Shown: positions 22,673 through 36,809 of the stretch, in pieces
How the letters are laid out: each line of letters opens with the position of its first letter
How positions within the stretch are numbered: position 1 is the stretch's first letter
Assembly: GCF_028641065.1 (NCBI RefSeq)
Contig: NC_073402.1
Location: 17,608,001 to 17,672,000, forward strand
Direction: 5' to 3'
Length of the DNA: 64,000 bases
Origin: Leucoraja erinacea
Lineage: Eukaryota
Notes under the pieces: generated by a model
What the model saw: the letters and a program-made list of their open reading frames with translations, nothing else
What the model was told of the DNA's origin: nothing
Database searches by the model: none
Translations under genes and position numbers: made by a program

Positions 22673-23715
22673 AATAAATGTTTGATAGTTCCATCTCTAT
22701 CATTTTCCTTTGTGAGCAATTACACAAAACCACCTATGGACACTGAAAATATAGTCAACTGATCATCTGGCCAATTTCCCTAGTTTACAGATCAACTGTG
22801 TGATCCCACTCCCTCATATTCTGGATACAACTTTCTTATACCCCTGTAGCCCAGTCTCCTGGCTGGAGCTCTGGGCTAGGCTGTCACTCTATGTAGGCTG
22901 GCATCTTGAGTCCTGAGGCGGGCAGTCCTTTTTCCAGTTGTAGTCCCTGGATAAGTTGATATTCTTCTGGTTTTAGCCGCAAGGTAGCCTACCATTCTCC
23001 AGATGGAACTCCAGGGCAAGCTGCTGTTCTACTGACTGAAGTCACAGGGCAGGCCACCGACTCTGCAGGGGGAACACCGGGTCCAGCAATCGGCGCTCGG
23101 TGTAGGTGGCCAGTTAATTTCTTGTGGGGTACACATAGAATGTGGAATGGAATCAGAAGGGCTGTGGTCATTCTCCCACCTTGGAACCCCAAGGTGATAG
23201 TTACTCTTACAGCAAGGGCCACCAATGTCCCAGCTGGAGCACATTTAATTTAAGAATTTGTTTAGCTTCTGAACCTCACAATTGAGAAATCTACTTGAAA
23301 TTTTGCTTAAAACTGTAAGGTTGGGAGAGATACATATCTGAATTGTCCAAGGAAATTCTCCCACCCCCATTTCCAAATCACCACAATCTTCCCCCATTAC
23401 CCTGAATTATTCCGGATCACAGTGGCGATGAATGAGGCAGACTGGTCTTGCCTTTTGGAGACGAGTCTTTTGGACTAAATTGATTTTGGAATGCAATCGT
23501 GCAGTATTACATGTTATGAGTTGCAGCTAACACTGTGAATACAATTCAAAAACATTGAGGAACGTGAATAGAAGCAGGAATAGCTCATCTTGCCTCAAGT
23601 CCCTACTCCACTATTCAATAAGATCATGGCTGATCTTTTGCCTTGACATATTGCTCTACAAAATCCAACTACTGACTCCCTTAATGTTTAAAACTCTATT
23701 GATTTTGATCTTGGG

Positions 23716-24962
23716 CTCACAGCCCTCCATGCTGCACTGTCCCACCTGGAGCAGCGGGGGAGCTACGTGCGGATGCTCATTGTGGACTACAGCTCTGCTT
23801 TTAACACCATCCTTCCCCACAAACTGGTGGACAAACTGGGGGACCTGGGACTTCCATACTACACCTGCATGTGGATAAATAGCTTCCTGTCGGGTCGCAT
23901 CCAGAGATCAGAGTGGGCCATCACACATCCACGGCCCTCAGTCTCAGTACCGGCTCTCCACAGGGCTGTGTGCTGAGCCCCCTGCTTTACACCATCTACA
24001 CATATGACTGCACCCCTGCCCACCACAGTAACACCATTGTCAAATTCACGGATGACACCACGGTGGTGGGGCTCATCTCTGGGGGGGATGAGTACGCCTA
24101 CAGGGATGAGGTGGAACAGCTGACAGTGTGGCGTGGAGAGAATAACCTGCTCCTCAACACCTCAAAGACCAAGGAGCTCATAATAGACTACAGGAAGAAG
24201 AAAACGGACATTACACCATTAATCATCAGGGGACTGTGTGGAGAGGGTGGCGTATTTCCGCTTCCTGGGAATCCACATTGAGGAGGACCTGACATGGAGC
24301 GTGAACACCTCTGCGCTGCTGAAAAAGGTCCAGCAGAGATTGCACTTCCTGAGGGTGCTCAGGAAGAACAACATCACCCAGAGACTGCTACTGTCCTTTT
24401 ATTGGTGCTCCATAGAGAGCATCCTAACATACTGTGTATGCGTGTGGTACACCAGCTGCACAGCGGCTAAGAGGAAAGCGCTCCAGAGGGCTATTGACAA
24501 TGCCCAGAAGATTGTCGGCTGCCCTCTCCTCACCTTGGAGGACCTACACAGTTCCCACTGTCTCAAGAAATCCCAGAACATTATAAAGGGCATTTCCCAC
24601 CCCGGACACTCCCTGTTTGAACTGTTGCCGTCAGGCAGACGGTACAGATCAATGAGGACAAGGCCAAACAGACTCAAAAACAGTTTTTATCCCACAGCAA
24701 TAACTACACTTAATATAGCCACCAAATGAGCGCAGGTGCGCTACATACCAAAGGGATTGTGCAATCGACATAAGAATGTATGGTTGTGCATTTATGCTTG
24801 TTTTTTTCATGTTATTTATTTTATTTGTTTATTTCAGATATTTCTTGTTTACGTATCGTTAGCTTTTAGATAATGTGTGAATGGTGCACTGACTGGTTGG
24901 CATTTTTAATTTTGTTGTACATGTTTACATGTTATAATGACAATAAAGAACTGATACTTATA
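23716..24962 (+). mobile_element. Rex1/Babar non-LTR retrotransposon 3' fragment
   Basis: [34 protein letters not shown] and LLPSGRRYRS..RLKNSFYP across frameshifted ORFs; gacaataaa 3' end. Confidence 0.9.
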
Positions 24963-26454
24963 CCTATATTTGGAGTAAGACCTCTCCCACCTTTAAATCA
25001 TCTTAAAATAAATCGTAACATAATGGCTACAAATGCCTGCTGTACCTTCATGTTAACTTTCAGTGATTTGTATACCAGGATACTCTGGTGCCTCTGAACT
25101 CCAACAATTTATAATGTTGTGTCTCTTAAAAAAATATGAAATCTTTCTACTTTTTTGATCAATGTGAATAACCTCATATTATTCCACTTTGTATTCCATC
25201 TGCCTTGACCCTTGACTTATTCTGCCTATCTCTCCTTCTGAAACCCCTCAAAACATACTCTGGCATCCAGCTTTATACCATTATTGAACATATTCATTAC
25301 ATTTAATTCCTTTACCCAGCTATTGATATAGATTGCGAACAGCTGGGTCCCCAGCAACAATAACTACTGCATTCTGCATCCAAACTCAAAATTGATCTGT
25401 TTATATGCACTGCTTTTTGTCCATTAGATTGGGTTGTTCTCTACTCTGCTAACTACTACCTCAAAAATCGTAAATGCTTTGTCAAACATGATACCTCCAT
25501 CTTGATTCTTCCCATTTATATTGTAATATTCTAAGTACTGATAGTAACACATTCTGACATTTTCCCCACAACTGATCAGATCAGGTTTATAAAACAGATG
25601 TCACAGTTGAAATAAAACTAGGCCAGTTTCATTCACACAGAGATGAGTCCCTTTGATCGTCATATGACTATGAGTCATCATATGCTACTTTGGTTTTAAG
25701 TAAAATCTACCACAATCATTTTGTTCATAGAAAGTGAAGACAGGCTTCAACTCCAATTACCAAGGAAGTAAATAAACTGACAAATTAATTGTTGTCCCCT
25801 GAATTACAGAAGGCAAATTACATTATTTGATTTGTATCTTTAACTGGCTAAATGTAAAAGCTTCAGAAAGAGTACAAAAAAAATGTGATTCCAGGCATGT
25901 GGAACTTTATTTCAATAGCGTTAGGGTTATTTATGTGGATAGATCAGAGATTCTGGGATGCACAAGTGCCTGCAAATGCTGGAATCTAGAGCAAAAAGTA
26001 AACTGCAGCAAGAACTCAGTGGGTCTCGAAGGAGACAATAGGAAAGTGGACATTTTGGGTTCAGAGACTGCATCAATCAGTGTAGAGAGAAGATAACCAA
26101 CAAATAGAAGTGAGAGAGAAGCTGCTAGATGGAGCCAGATTGGGGAGGTGTGAATGGTGGGCAGATAGACCCAGGTAGGGGAGGGGGAGTGTTGAGAAAG
26201 AGGCTGGAAGGTTATCGATGGAAACAAGGGAGGGTTGGTGTATCACCAAGGTTGTACAGATTTTCACAATTTTCTGTTCATTTAACTACAAAGGTGTTTG
26301 TCTGCAATAATTAAGCTTGCTGGCAGGGAGATAAGGCAATCATGTGGTTGTTTGGAAATATCAAGAACAAAACGGTACCAAGGTTTAGCTGTCCTTAAGA
26401 ATGAGATTAAAGGCTAAAGAATAAAACTTTCCAGATTTCCACTTTCCAGGTGAT

Positions 26455-27266
26455 ATAGAAACATAGAAACATAGAAATTAGGTGCAGGAGTAGGCCATTC
26501 GGCCCTTCGAGCCTGCACCGCCATTCAATATGATCATGGCTGATCATCCAACTCAGTATCCCGTACCTGCCTTCTCTCCATACCCCCTGATCCCCTTAGC
26601 CACAAGGGCCACATCTAACTCCCTCTTAAATATAGCCAATGAGCTGGCCTCAACTACCCTCTGTGGCAGAGAGTTCCAGAGATTCACCACTCTCTGCGTG
26701 AAAAAAAAAGTTCTTCTCATCTCGGTTTTAAAGGATTTCCCCTTTATCCTTAAGCTGTGACTCCTTGTCCTGGACTTCCCTAACATCGGGAACAATCTTC
26801 CTGCATCTAGCCTGTCCAACCCCTGAAGAATTTTGTAAGTTTCTATAAGATCCCCTCTCAATCTCCTAAATTCTAGAGAGTATAAACCAAGTCTATCCAG
26901 TCTTTCCTCATTAAGACAGTCCTGACATCCCAGGAATCGAGTCTGGTGAACCGTCTCTGCACTCCCTCTATGGCAATAATGTCCTTCCTCAGATTTGGAG
27001 ACCAAAACTGTACGCAATACTCCAGGTGTGGTCTCACCAAGACCCTGTACAACTGCAGTAGAACCTCCCTGCTCCTATACTCAAATCCTTTTGCAATGAC
27101 AAGCTAACATACCATTCGCTTTCTTTACTGCCTGCTGCACCTGCATGCCTACCTTGAATGACTGGTGTACCATGACACCCAGGTCTCGCTGCATCTCCCC
27201 CTTTCCCAATCGGCCACCATTTAGATAATAATTAGTTAGACAATATATCTAACTAATAGTCTGCTT
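26455..27266 (-). mobile_element. Young CR1 LINE 3' fragment
   Basis: (TTTCTATG)n tail; near-identical to the copies at 35709, 57790 and 61450. Confidence 0.9.
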
Positions 27267-29094
27267 TTAAAATAAACAGTGTAAACAATGACCAGCGAGT
27301 GTCCTAATTCATACAGTTTATTTCAAGTGTGTGCATATTGCCTTTAGCTAGAGTAAACCTGAGGGACAGACCACAGCACGGATAATAATTCAAAAGATCT
27401 TGTAACCCACTGTGCCTGGTCCTGATCTTTAGGAAAGCTCATTGAAATTATACTTGATGATAGGAGGAAAGGTATGCCCACCAAACTGCCCCCTAATGCT
27501 ATGCAATGACAGATCTGTGGCCACCAATAAACCAATGTATCCAGATTCATTCAAAATGTGAGACCCGGTTCAATATGTTCTCGGGTGCCAGCCCAGTCAG
27601 ATATCTATTCCTAAGGCTAGGTCCCCAATTCCAAGCACGTTATAAAAGAAGGCTCCAGAACTAGCAATGTTCGGGACCCAGAAGGACAGCAGGTGAAAAG
27701 AATTCAATATTACCACTGATTTCTACCCTTCATAGTACTCGTCCCAAATGCTTCTGTTCCATGACCACTCTGACTACTCCTTTTAAAGAGCTGGGGCTGT
27801 CTTGGAATTTCTTGAAAATATATTGTAAACTTAGGCTAATCCATGAACCCAGAAGGCGTATCTCATGTGTACGCAGTTGATTGCTCCTTGCCTGAACGTC
27901 AATGATTGCTGGGTATCACATGTTGACATGCTTGTTAGTATATCATGCGGTGGTGTATGCAGTACATTGATGGTGAGATAAGACTAAGAATGAATATGTG
28001 TGATTGTACAGCTGATGTGTATAAATTAGCAGGTTACACAGAAAAGCTGGAGAAACTCAGCGGGTGCAGCAGCATCTATGGAGCGAAGGAAATAGGCAAC
28101 GTTTCGGGCCGAAACCCTTCTTTAAACACTGTATAAATTAGCATGTCAGAGGACAATTTTTTTTTTGTGGAAAATAATTAGTTGACTTTTGTTAGAAGTT
28201 TGCTCATTTCACCTGCTCGGTGTTGCCCAACTACCCTTATTTCCTTTAGTTTAATTTGGTTAGTTTAATGCCATAAACACCAGGTTGCAGTGAAATTTCA
28301 TCTTTGCATAAAGGTTTGGAGACAAATGGTATTGCTTGATGTAGTATCTTGGTCGACATGGATGAGTGAGGCCAAAAGGCCTGTTTCCATGCTGTGTGGC
28401 TCTGACTCATATGCAAGTTGAACTTTAGGCAGCAGTTGATTTGTACAAATATAAGAACTAAGAAGAGATACAAGGAACTGCAGGTGCTGATTTACAAAAA
28501 AAGACACAAAATGCTGGAGTAATTCAGCAGGTCAGGCAGCATCTCTGGAGAACATAGCATGGTGACGTTGAAGAAGGATCTTCACCTATCGGCTATCCGT
28601 CAGCTATCCAGAAATGCTGCCTGACTTGCCGAGTTACTCCAGCACTTTGTGTCCTTATTAGAGCAACCAGTTTGATATAATTTAAAATAACAAAGGGTGA
28701 AGTGTAGGTTGGTAAGGATAGTGGTAATGATAATATGGAAGTTTGTGTCACAGCACTTCCAGGCTATGAAATGTGACATTATATTAATGCAAATTGCTCT
28801 TTTACTTTAGCGGCCACCACAAAATAATTAAATTATTGGCTTTTGATTCTGTTGTAAATCTGTTACTGTAGTCATCAGATTATACATTGTGAAAACAGGA
28901 AGCAGCTTGCAATAATATTTCTGTTTTGACTTTTCTCTTTTACATTGTACGTTTTCCCAAAATGTTACAGGGTATCAAATGTATAAATCCATATCAAAGT
29001 GTATCGAGCATGATTAAGCAAACTACTTGCTCAATTGTAACAAAAGATTAAAGATCGTACTTCTTGAACCATGGTTTCAACCAGGTTTGTAAGT

Positions 29095-29790
29095 TAATTG
29101 AAGGTAAACACAAAATGCTAGAGTAACTCTCCGGAGAGAAGGAATGGGTGACATTTCGGGTCGAGTCCCTTCTTCAGAATGATGTCGGAGTGGGCGGGAC
29201 AGGGATAGAATGTAGTCGGAGACAGTAAGACTGGTGGGAGAACTGGGAAGATGGAGGGGATGATGAAAGAGGGAAAACAAAGGCTATTTGAAGTTAAAGA
29301 AGTCAATGTTCATACCGCTGGGATGTCAGCGACCCAAGCGAAATATGAGGTGCTGTTCCTCCTATTTGCGCTGAGTCTCACTCTGATAATGGAAGAGGCC
29401 CAGGACAGAAAGGTCAGATTGGGAATGGGAGGGGGAGTTAAAGTGCTGAGCAACCGGGAGATCAGATAGGTTAAGGCAGACTGAGCGGAGGTGTTCAGCG
29501 AAACGATCACCGAGCCTGCGCTTAATCTCGCCGATGTACAGAAGTTGACATCTGGAACAGCAGATACAGTAGATGAGGTTGGAGGAGGTGCAAGTGAACC
29601 TCTGCCTCACCTGAAAAGACTGTTAGGGCCATTGGATGGAGACAAGGGGGGAGGTGAAGGGACAGGTGTTGCATCTCTTGTGGTTGCAGGGGTAAGTACC
29701 TGGGTGGGAAGTTTGGGTGGGAAGAGTTCACCAGGGAGTTGTGGAGGGACTGGTCTCTGCAGAAAGCAGAAAGAGGTGGGGATGGGAAGA
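29095..29790 (-). mobile_element. Penelope-like (Neptune-type) element: Zn-finger plus GIY-YIG endonuclease remnant plus pLTR
   Basis: GTYPCNHKRCNTCP, then FTCTSSNLIYCICCSRCQLLYIGEIKRRLGDRFAEH...VAQHFNSPSH; hammerhead-like core at about 29150-29177. Confidence 0.88.
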
Positions 29791-29794
29791 TGAT

Positions 29795-29927
29795 TGTAGG
29801 TTAATTCGCTTGGTATAAGTGTAAAATTGTCCCTTATGTGTAGGTTAGTGTTAATGTATGGGGATCGCTGGTCGATGTGGACTCGGTGGGCCAAAGGGCC
29901 TGTTTTCGCGCTGTATCGCTAAACTAA
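29795..29927 (+). mobile_element. HE1-type SINE 3' fragment
   Basis: tgtaggttaatt...gggccaaagggcctgttttcgcgctgtatcgctaaactaaa; same as the 3' half of 54538-54830. Confidence 0.75.
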
Positions 29928-30251
29928 ACAACCAAACGTAGCACATCATTTGAATCAATTACACTAATTTTGTCTTAAATTAAAATGCTCTGCTCCAATG
30001 GCAACGAAAATGTAACATATTATTTCAACCTGCAAACTTTACCATTTAAATTGCTCATGTTTTAATGTTCAATCTAATTGGGGGTGGGGGTGGGTGGGAG
30101 GGCAGGAATATAAAGCACCGGATGTCTGGCCGTGAGTCAGTCACTCTGCAAGATCGCTAGGGAGAGGCCATGACTGTCGTTATAAGCTGTGAATCAACTG
30201 AACTGTGAGTCTGCAATGTACTTGCAATAAATGATTTGTTAGCCCTTAATA

Positions 30252-30580
30252 ACAATGTCAGGAGTTAGGCCTGCTGCCCTGCCTGTGCTTGAAAGTGTAA
30301 TGCTTAATTGGAAATGAAATTAAATGACAATGCCATGAGTTGTTTGGCCTGCTGCCCTGCCTGTGCTTGAAACTGCAATGCTTTATTAGGTCCGACAGTG
30401 TTTGGAAGGAATAAATGCTTTACTAGGTCCGACTGTGTTTAGTTCAAAAGTCCCGCTCATTTTGTGACTTCCGCTTAGTGGACAGGTCACGCTGATTGCG
30501 TAATTTCCGGTGAGTGCAGAGGTCGGGCTGATTGCGTAATTTCCGGTAAATGCAGAGGTCACACTGATTGTGGAAGTGAT
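30252..30580. repeat. Tandem repeats: 78-bp period x2, then 36-bp period x3-4
   Basis: ggcctgctgccctgcctgtgcttgaaa at 30268 and 30346; aggtc...ctgattg at 30484, 30520 and 30556 (full gcgtaatttccggt in the first two). Confidence 0.8.
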
Positions 30581-31129
30581 GCTGACTGCGGAAGCCCCAC
30601 AGTGGAGAGGCCGCGCTCAGCCGTATGATTAGATTCAAGAACGTTTACTGTCATATGTGGTCTGTGTGTGTGCGTGATTGCGTGCGTGAGTGTATTGGAA
30701 TTGGTGGAGAAGTGGAATATTGCGTTGGGGGACCAGCCCTCTCGTGTGATGCTGGGACACAAAAGGTCCCACAGGCTAGTATTTTTCTATTTCTGTGCAG
30801 TCTCACTTTGGTCCACCTGGTCTCTGCCAAATGAGAGCCCTTTTGCATTCACCTATAATCCTTTTGCATTCACCCTATCAAAAATATATTCCCTTTGTTC
30901 TGCCCTTTAATCCACCCAACATCTTCGACTAGAAACCAACTTTTTTATCTCTTAACTTTTTTGTCTAGCCAGAAATGCTGTCTGACCTGCTTAAATTTTC
31001 CTACATTTTCGGTTTTTATTTCAGATTACCAGCATCGCAATTTGTTTTTGATTTTCATTGTATGTATATAAGTGTAAATATGTTATTAAGAACGGAGTGT
31101 TTCATGTGGTATGATTTAATTGATTTAAC

Positions 31130-34100
31130 TGAGACCTTACTACCTTCAATATCCTGGCGGGGAGATTTGCAAAGGCTACTGGGGAGACTTTAAACTAGAA
31201 CGGTTGGGGGGAGGGACTCTAATTGGGAAAGCTAGCAGTCGGTGTGGAGGCAGGAGGCAGAGAAGGGTAGCACTCTGACCCAAAATGTAGGGGAGAAAGA
31301 AGAAAAAGACAATAAACAGAGAATAAGAGAGGGTGGGTTTCTTAAATGTGTATATTTTAATGCTAGGAGCATTGTAAGAAAGGTGGATGAACTTAGAGCC
31401 TGGATTGACACCTGGAAGTATGATGTTGTGGCGATCAGTGAAACATGGTTGCAGGAGGGCTGTGATTGGAAACTAAATATTCCAGGATTTTGTTGCTTCA
31501 GATGTGATAGAATTGGAGGGGCAAGAGGTGGAGGTGTTGCATTGCTTATCAGGGAAGATATTACAGCAGTGCTTTGGCAGGATAGATTAGAGGGCTCGTC
31601 TAGGGAGGCTATTTGGGTGGAACTGAGAAATGGGAAAGGGGTAGCAACACTTATAGGGGTGTATTATAGACCGCCAAATGGGGAGCGAGAATTGGAAGAG
31701 CAAATATGTAAGGAGATCGCAGATATTAGTAGTAAGCACAAGGTAGTGATTGTGGGAGATTTCAATTTTCCACACATAGACTGGGAAACACATTCTGTAA
31801 ATGGGCTGGATGGTTTGGAGTTTGTAAAATGTGTGCAGGATAGTTTTTTTGCAGCAATACATAGAGGTACCTACTAGAGAAGGGGCGGTGCTGGACCTCC
31901 TGTTAGGAAATGAGACGGGTCAGGTGGCAGAGGTATGCGTTGGGGAACAGTTCGGGTCCAGTGATCACAATACCATTAGTTTCAATATAATTATGGAGAG
32001 GGTCAGAACTGGACCTAGGGTTGAGATGTTTGATTGGAGAAAGGCTAACTTTGAGGAGATGCGAAAGGATTTAAAAGGAGTAAATTGGGACATTTTGTTT
32101 TATGGGAAAGATGTGGAAGAGAAATGGAGATCATTTAAAGGTGAAATTTTAAGAGTACAGAATCTTTATGTCCCTGTTCGGTTGAAAGGAAATAGTAAAA
32201 ATTGGAAAGAGCCATGGTTTTCAAGGGAAATTGGACACTTGGTTCGGAAAAAGAGAGAGAGATCAACAATAATTATAGGCAGCATGGAGTAAATGAGGTG
32301 CTTGAGGAGTATAAAGAATAAAAATAATCTTAAGAAAGAAATTAGAAAAGCTAATAGAAGATACGAGGTTGCTTTGGCAAGTAAGGTGAAAGTAAATCCA
32401 AAGGGTTTCTACAGCTATATTAATAGCAAAAGGATAACAAGGGATAAAATTGGTCCATTAGAGAGTCAGAGTGGACAGCTATCTGCAGAGCCAAAAGAGA
32501 TGCGGGAGATATTGAACAATTTCTTTTCTTCTCGGTATTCACCAAGGAGAAGGATATTGAATTATGTGAGGTAAGGGAAACAAGTAGAGTAGCTATGGAA
32601 ACTATGAGATTCAAAGAAGAGGAAGTACTGACACTTTTGAGAAATATAAAAGTGGATAAGTCTCCAGGTCCGGACAGAATATTCCCTAGGACATTGAGGG
32701 AAGTTAGTGTAGAAATAGCAGGGGCTATGACAGAAATATTTCAAATGTCATTAGAAACGGGAATAGTGCTGGAGGATTGGCGTACTGCGCATGTTGTTCC
32801 ATTGTTTAAAAAGGGTTCTAAGAGTAAACCTAGCAATTATAGACCTGTTAGTTTGACATCAGTGGTGGGCAAATTAATGGAAAGGATACTTAGAGATAAT
32901 ATATATATAAGCATCTGGATAAACAGGGTCTGATTAGGAACACTCAACATGGATTTGTGCCTGGAAGGTCATGTTTGACTAATCTTCTTGAATTTTTTGA
33001 AGAGGTTACTCGGGAAATTGATGAGGGTAAAGCAGTGGATGTTGTATATATGGATTTCAGTAAGGCTTTTGACAAGGTTCCTCATGGAAGGTTGGCTAAG
33101 AAGGTTCAATTTTGGGTATTAATGGTGGAGTAGCAAGATGGATTCAACAGTGACTGAATGGGAGATGCCAGAGAGTAATGGTGGATGGCTGTTTGTCAGG
33201 TTGGAGGCCAGTGACTAGTGGGGTGCCACAGGGATCTGTGTTGGGTCCACTGTTGTTTGTCATGTACATCAATGATCTGGATGATGGTGTGGTAAATTGG
33301 ATTATTAAGTATGCAGATGATACTAAGATAAGTGGTGTTGTGGATAATGAAGTAGATTTTCAAGTCTACAGAGAGATTTATGCCAGTTGGAAGAGTGGGC
33401 TGAAAGATGGCAGATGGAGTTTAATGCTGATAAGTGTGAGGTGCTACATCTTGGCAGGACACATCAAAATAGGACGTACATGGTAAATGGTAGGGAATTG
33501 AAGAATGCAGTTGAACAGAGGGATCTGGGAATAACTGTGCACAGTCCCCTGAAGGTGGAATCTCATGTAGATAGGGTGGTAAAGAAAGCTTTTGGTGTGC
33601 TGGCCTTTATAAATCAGAGCATTGAGTATAGAAGTTGGGATGTAATGTTAAAATTGTACAATGCATTGGTGAGGCCAATTCTGGAGTATGGTGTACAATT
33701 TTGGTCGCCTAATTATAGGAAGGAAGTCAACAAAATAGAGAGAGTACAGAGGAGATTTACTAGAATACTGGGTTTCAGCAACTAAGTTACAGAGAAAGGT
33801 TGAACAAGTTAAGTCTTTATTCTTTGGAGCGCAGAAGGTTAAGGGGGGACTTGATAGAGGTCTTTAAAATGATGAGAGGGATAGACAGAGTTGACATGGA
33901 TAAGCTTTTCCCACTGAGAGTAGGGAAGATTCAAACAAGAGGACATGACTTGAGAATTAAGGGACAGAAGTTTAGGGGTAACATGAGGGGGAACTTCTTT
34001 ACTCAGAGAGTGGTAGCTGTGTGGAATGAGCTTCCAGTGAAGGTGGTGGAGGCAGGTTCGATTTTATCATTTAAAAATAAATTGGATAGTTATATGGACG

Positions 34101-34210
34101 GGAAAGGAATGGAGGGTTATGGTCTGAGTGCAGGTAGATGGGACTAGGGGAGAATACGTGTTCGGCACGGACTAGAAGGGCCGAGATGGCCTGTTTCCGT
34201 GCTGTAATTG
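31130..34210 (+). mobile_element. Near full-length CR1 ORF2 (APE endonuclease plus RT), frameshifted
   Basis: YFNARSI, ISETWL, GVYYRPP, VGDFNFP, LDLLL, SDHNTI; [35 protein letters not shown]; CR1 3' tail. Confidence 0.93.
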
Positions 34211-35036
34211 TTATCTGGTTATTATATGGTTAATAAAGGAAAGTGCAATAAAGGATACCTGCTATTTCAGTTATTTGTATTTGCAGCATCAACGCACAGA
34301 GCCATAAACACTATGTTGTCACTCTATATACAAGATGTCAGTGAAACCATACTTGGAATAATGTATCCAGTTTTGGACACCCTGCTTAAGGAAAGGTGCC
34401 ATTAAGCAGGAAAGAATTCCGAGAAGATAGATGAGATTGTTCGGGGTACAAGGATTTGCAGATGTTGTTTTACCAAAAAAGGCACACAATGCTGGAGTAA
34501 TTGAGCGGGTCAGGTAGCATCTCTGGAGAACATGGATTGATGATGTTTTGGGTCAGGAGCCTTCTTCAGACTCAATGTGGTGGGGAGAGAAAGCTGGAAG
34601 AGAAGTGGGGGCAGGATAAAGCCTGGCAAGTGATAGGTAGTTACAGATGATTGTCGGGAGGGGGAAAGAAAGCTGGGAGGGAGGAGGGGGCAGTGTTAAG
34701 TGCGGTTTAGCCTACTAAATCATTCCCTCTACCACCAGCACAAATAATCCCCCTCGCCTATGTCTACATATTACCTGCCAGGCTTTGTCCTTCCTTTCTC
34801 TCAGCTTTCTGGCAAGCTGTTCTGGGTACTGTCAAGTTTTGAGAGCTGTTGGTGCTACATTCATCCAGGCGAACAAAATATTTAATTACATTCCTGATTT
34901 GTACTGTGTAGATGGTCTTTTGGTATTGGGAGATGAGTCCTATGTTACACGATACACAGCCTTGACCTGCTGCAGGAGCTATGGCAATTATGTGATTGGT
35001 CCAGTTCCTGTTAATGTGACAGCACTTCTCTCTCTT

Positions 35037-35080
<44 letters not shown>

Positions 35081-35314
35081 ACCACCACTCTTCGCTGTGC
35101 CACTGAATTCCCTGAATCCTGCTCGATTTCCACCTATTTCTTGCTTCCCCCTCCTCCCGTCTCTTTCCACCTATATTCCTACTTTTGGTTTTACAATTTG
35201 CACATCTTCTATCTTTATCTTCTTATATCATACTTTTTGTCTTTTCATCTCCGGCCTTTGTCCAAACATCTTACAAAACATCTATCACTTGCCATTACCT
35301 ATTATGTATTGTGT

Positions 35315-35520
35315 AAGAAGGAACTGCAGATGCTGGTTTAAACCGAAGATAGACACAAAAAACTGGAGTAACTCAGCGGGACAGGCAGCATCTCTGGAAA
35401 GAAGGGACGAGTGACATTTCGGGTCTCTCTGACGAAGGGTCTCGACCCAAAACGTCACCCATTCCTTCTCTCCAGAGATGCTGCCTGACCAGCTGAGTTA
35501 CTCCAGCATTTTGTGCCTCT
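35315..35520. repeat. Palindromic Penelope pLTR-derived element
   Basis: Inverted arms; CTGACGAAGGGTCTCGACCCAAAACGTC at 35429-35456 (GAAA mutated). Confidence 0.75.
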
Positions 35521-35708
35521 GTGCCGCCCTTTACAAACACAAGTAGACAGGTCTCATCTTTTTCCATTTAACCCCTTCCTCCTCGCGGGAATGAGTAGCA
35601 ATATTATGTCAGGGCATGGAGGAAATCATAACAAAGCCCATCATTTTCTTTAATTCATTGTCTGAAAAATAATCCATTCCAGGATTAATTAACACGAAAT
35701 GGAACAAG

Positions 35709-36325
35709 ATAGAAACATAGAAAATAGGTGCAGGAGTAGGCCATTCGGGCCTTCGAGCCTGCACCGCCATTCAATATGATCATGGCTGATCATCCAACTC
35801 AGTATCCCATACCTGCCTTCTCTCCATACCCCCTGATCCCTTTAGCCACAAGGGCCACATCTAACTCCCTCTTAAATATAGCCAATGAACTGGCCTCAAC
35901 TACCGTCTGTGGCAGAGAATTCCACAGATTCACCATTCTGCGTGTAAAAAATGATTTTCTCATCTCGGTCCTAAAAGACTTGTCCCTTATCCTTAAACTG
36001 TGACCCCTTGTTCTGCACGTCCCCAACATCGGGAATAATCTTCCTGCATCTAGCCTGTCCAATCCCTAAGAATTTTGTAAGTTTCTATAAGATCCCCCCT
36101 CAATCTTCTAAATTCTAGTGAGTACAAGCCGAGTCTATCCAGTCTTTCTTCATATGAAAGTCCTGCCATCCCAGGAATCAGTCTGGTGAACCTTCTCTGT
36201 ACTCCCTCTATGGCAAGAATGTCTTTCCTCAGATTAGGAGACCAAAACTGTACGCAATACTCCAGGTGTGGTCTCACCAAGACCCTGTACGACTGCAGTA
36301 GAACCTCCCTGATCTTATACTCAAG
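35709..36325 (-). mobile_element. CR1 LINE 3' fragment
   Basis: [15 protein letters not shown]...; TTTCTATG tail. Confidence 0.9.
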
Positions 36326-36809
36326 ATCTAGCCTCATTTGCCATTGCAGCGGACATTTGCCAATATTTTAGCAATGTCCTAGTTCAATTGGCTTCTTATT
36401 GTATCAGACAGACCACAGCCTATTTAAGTGTTTGCTTGCTCAATCTAAGACCGTCATCTTGCAGTAATGTATATAATTTATAACTGCATATAGTTGATGG
36501 TTACACAAAAAAGCTGGAGAAACTCAGCGGGTGCAGCAGCATCTATGGAGCGAAGGAAATAGGCAACGTTTCGGGCCGAAACCCTTCACACTGTATAGTT
36601 GATGGTTGTTCTTCTCCACACCAGCAGGGGTCATGATGCTTTTGGGAGCACATCTTGCGTCAGTGTTTCGATATTTGCTGGATTTTGGTTCATCTCTTGT
36701 AGGATTGGGTTTTCAGATATGTACTTTCACCAGGCTTGAAGAAAATAAAACGTACTGAAGTACAAAACTCCACACATATTTTATATATTAAGATATGTTC
36801 AATACACAG

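Noticed and set aside
30449-30580. 36-bp repeats as a CRISPR-like array
   Set aside because: Head-to-tail units without unique spacers; eukaryotic context; no cas genes.
34785-35414. 209-aa polyproline ORF
   Set aside because: Arises from a roughly 43-nt C homopolymer and pLTR sequence. Homopolymer lengths here and near 3176, 13761, 43370 and 61821 may be unreliable.
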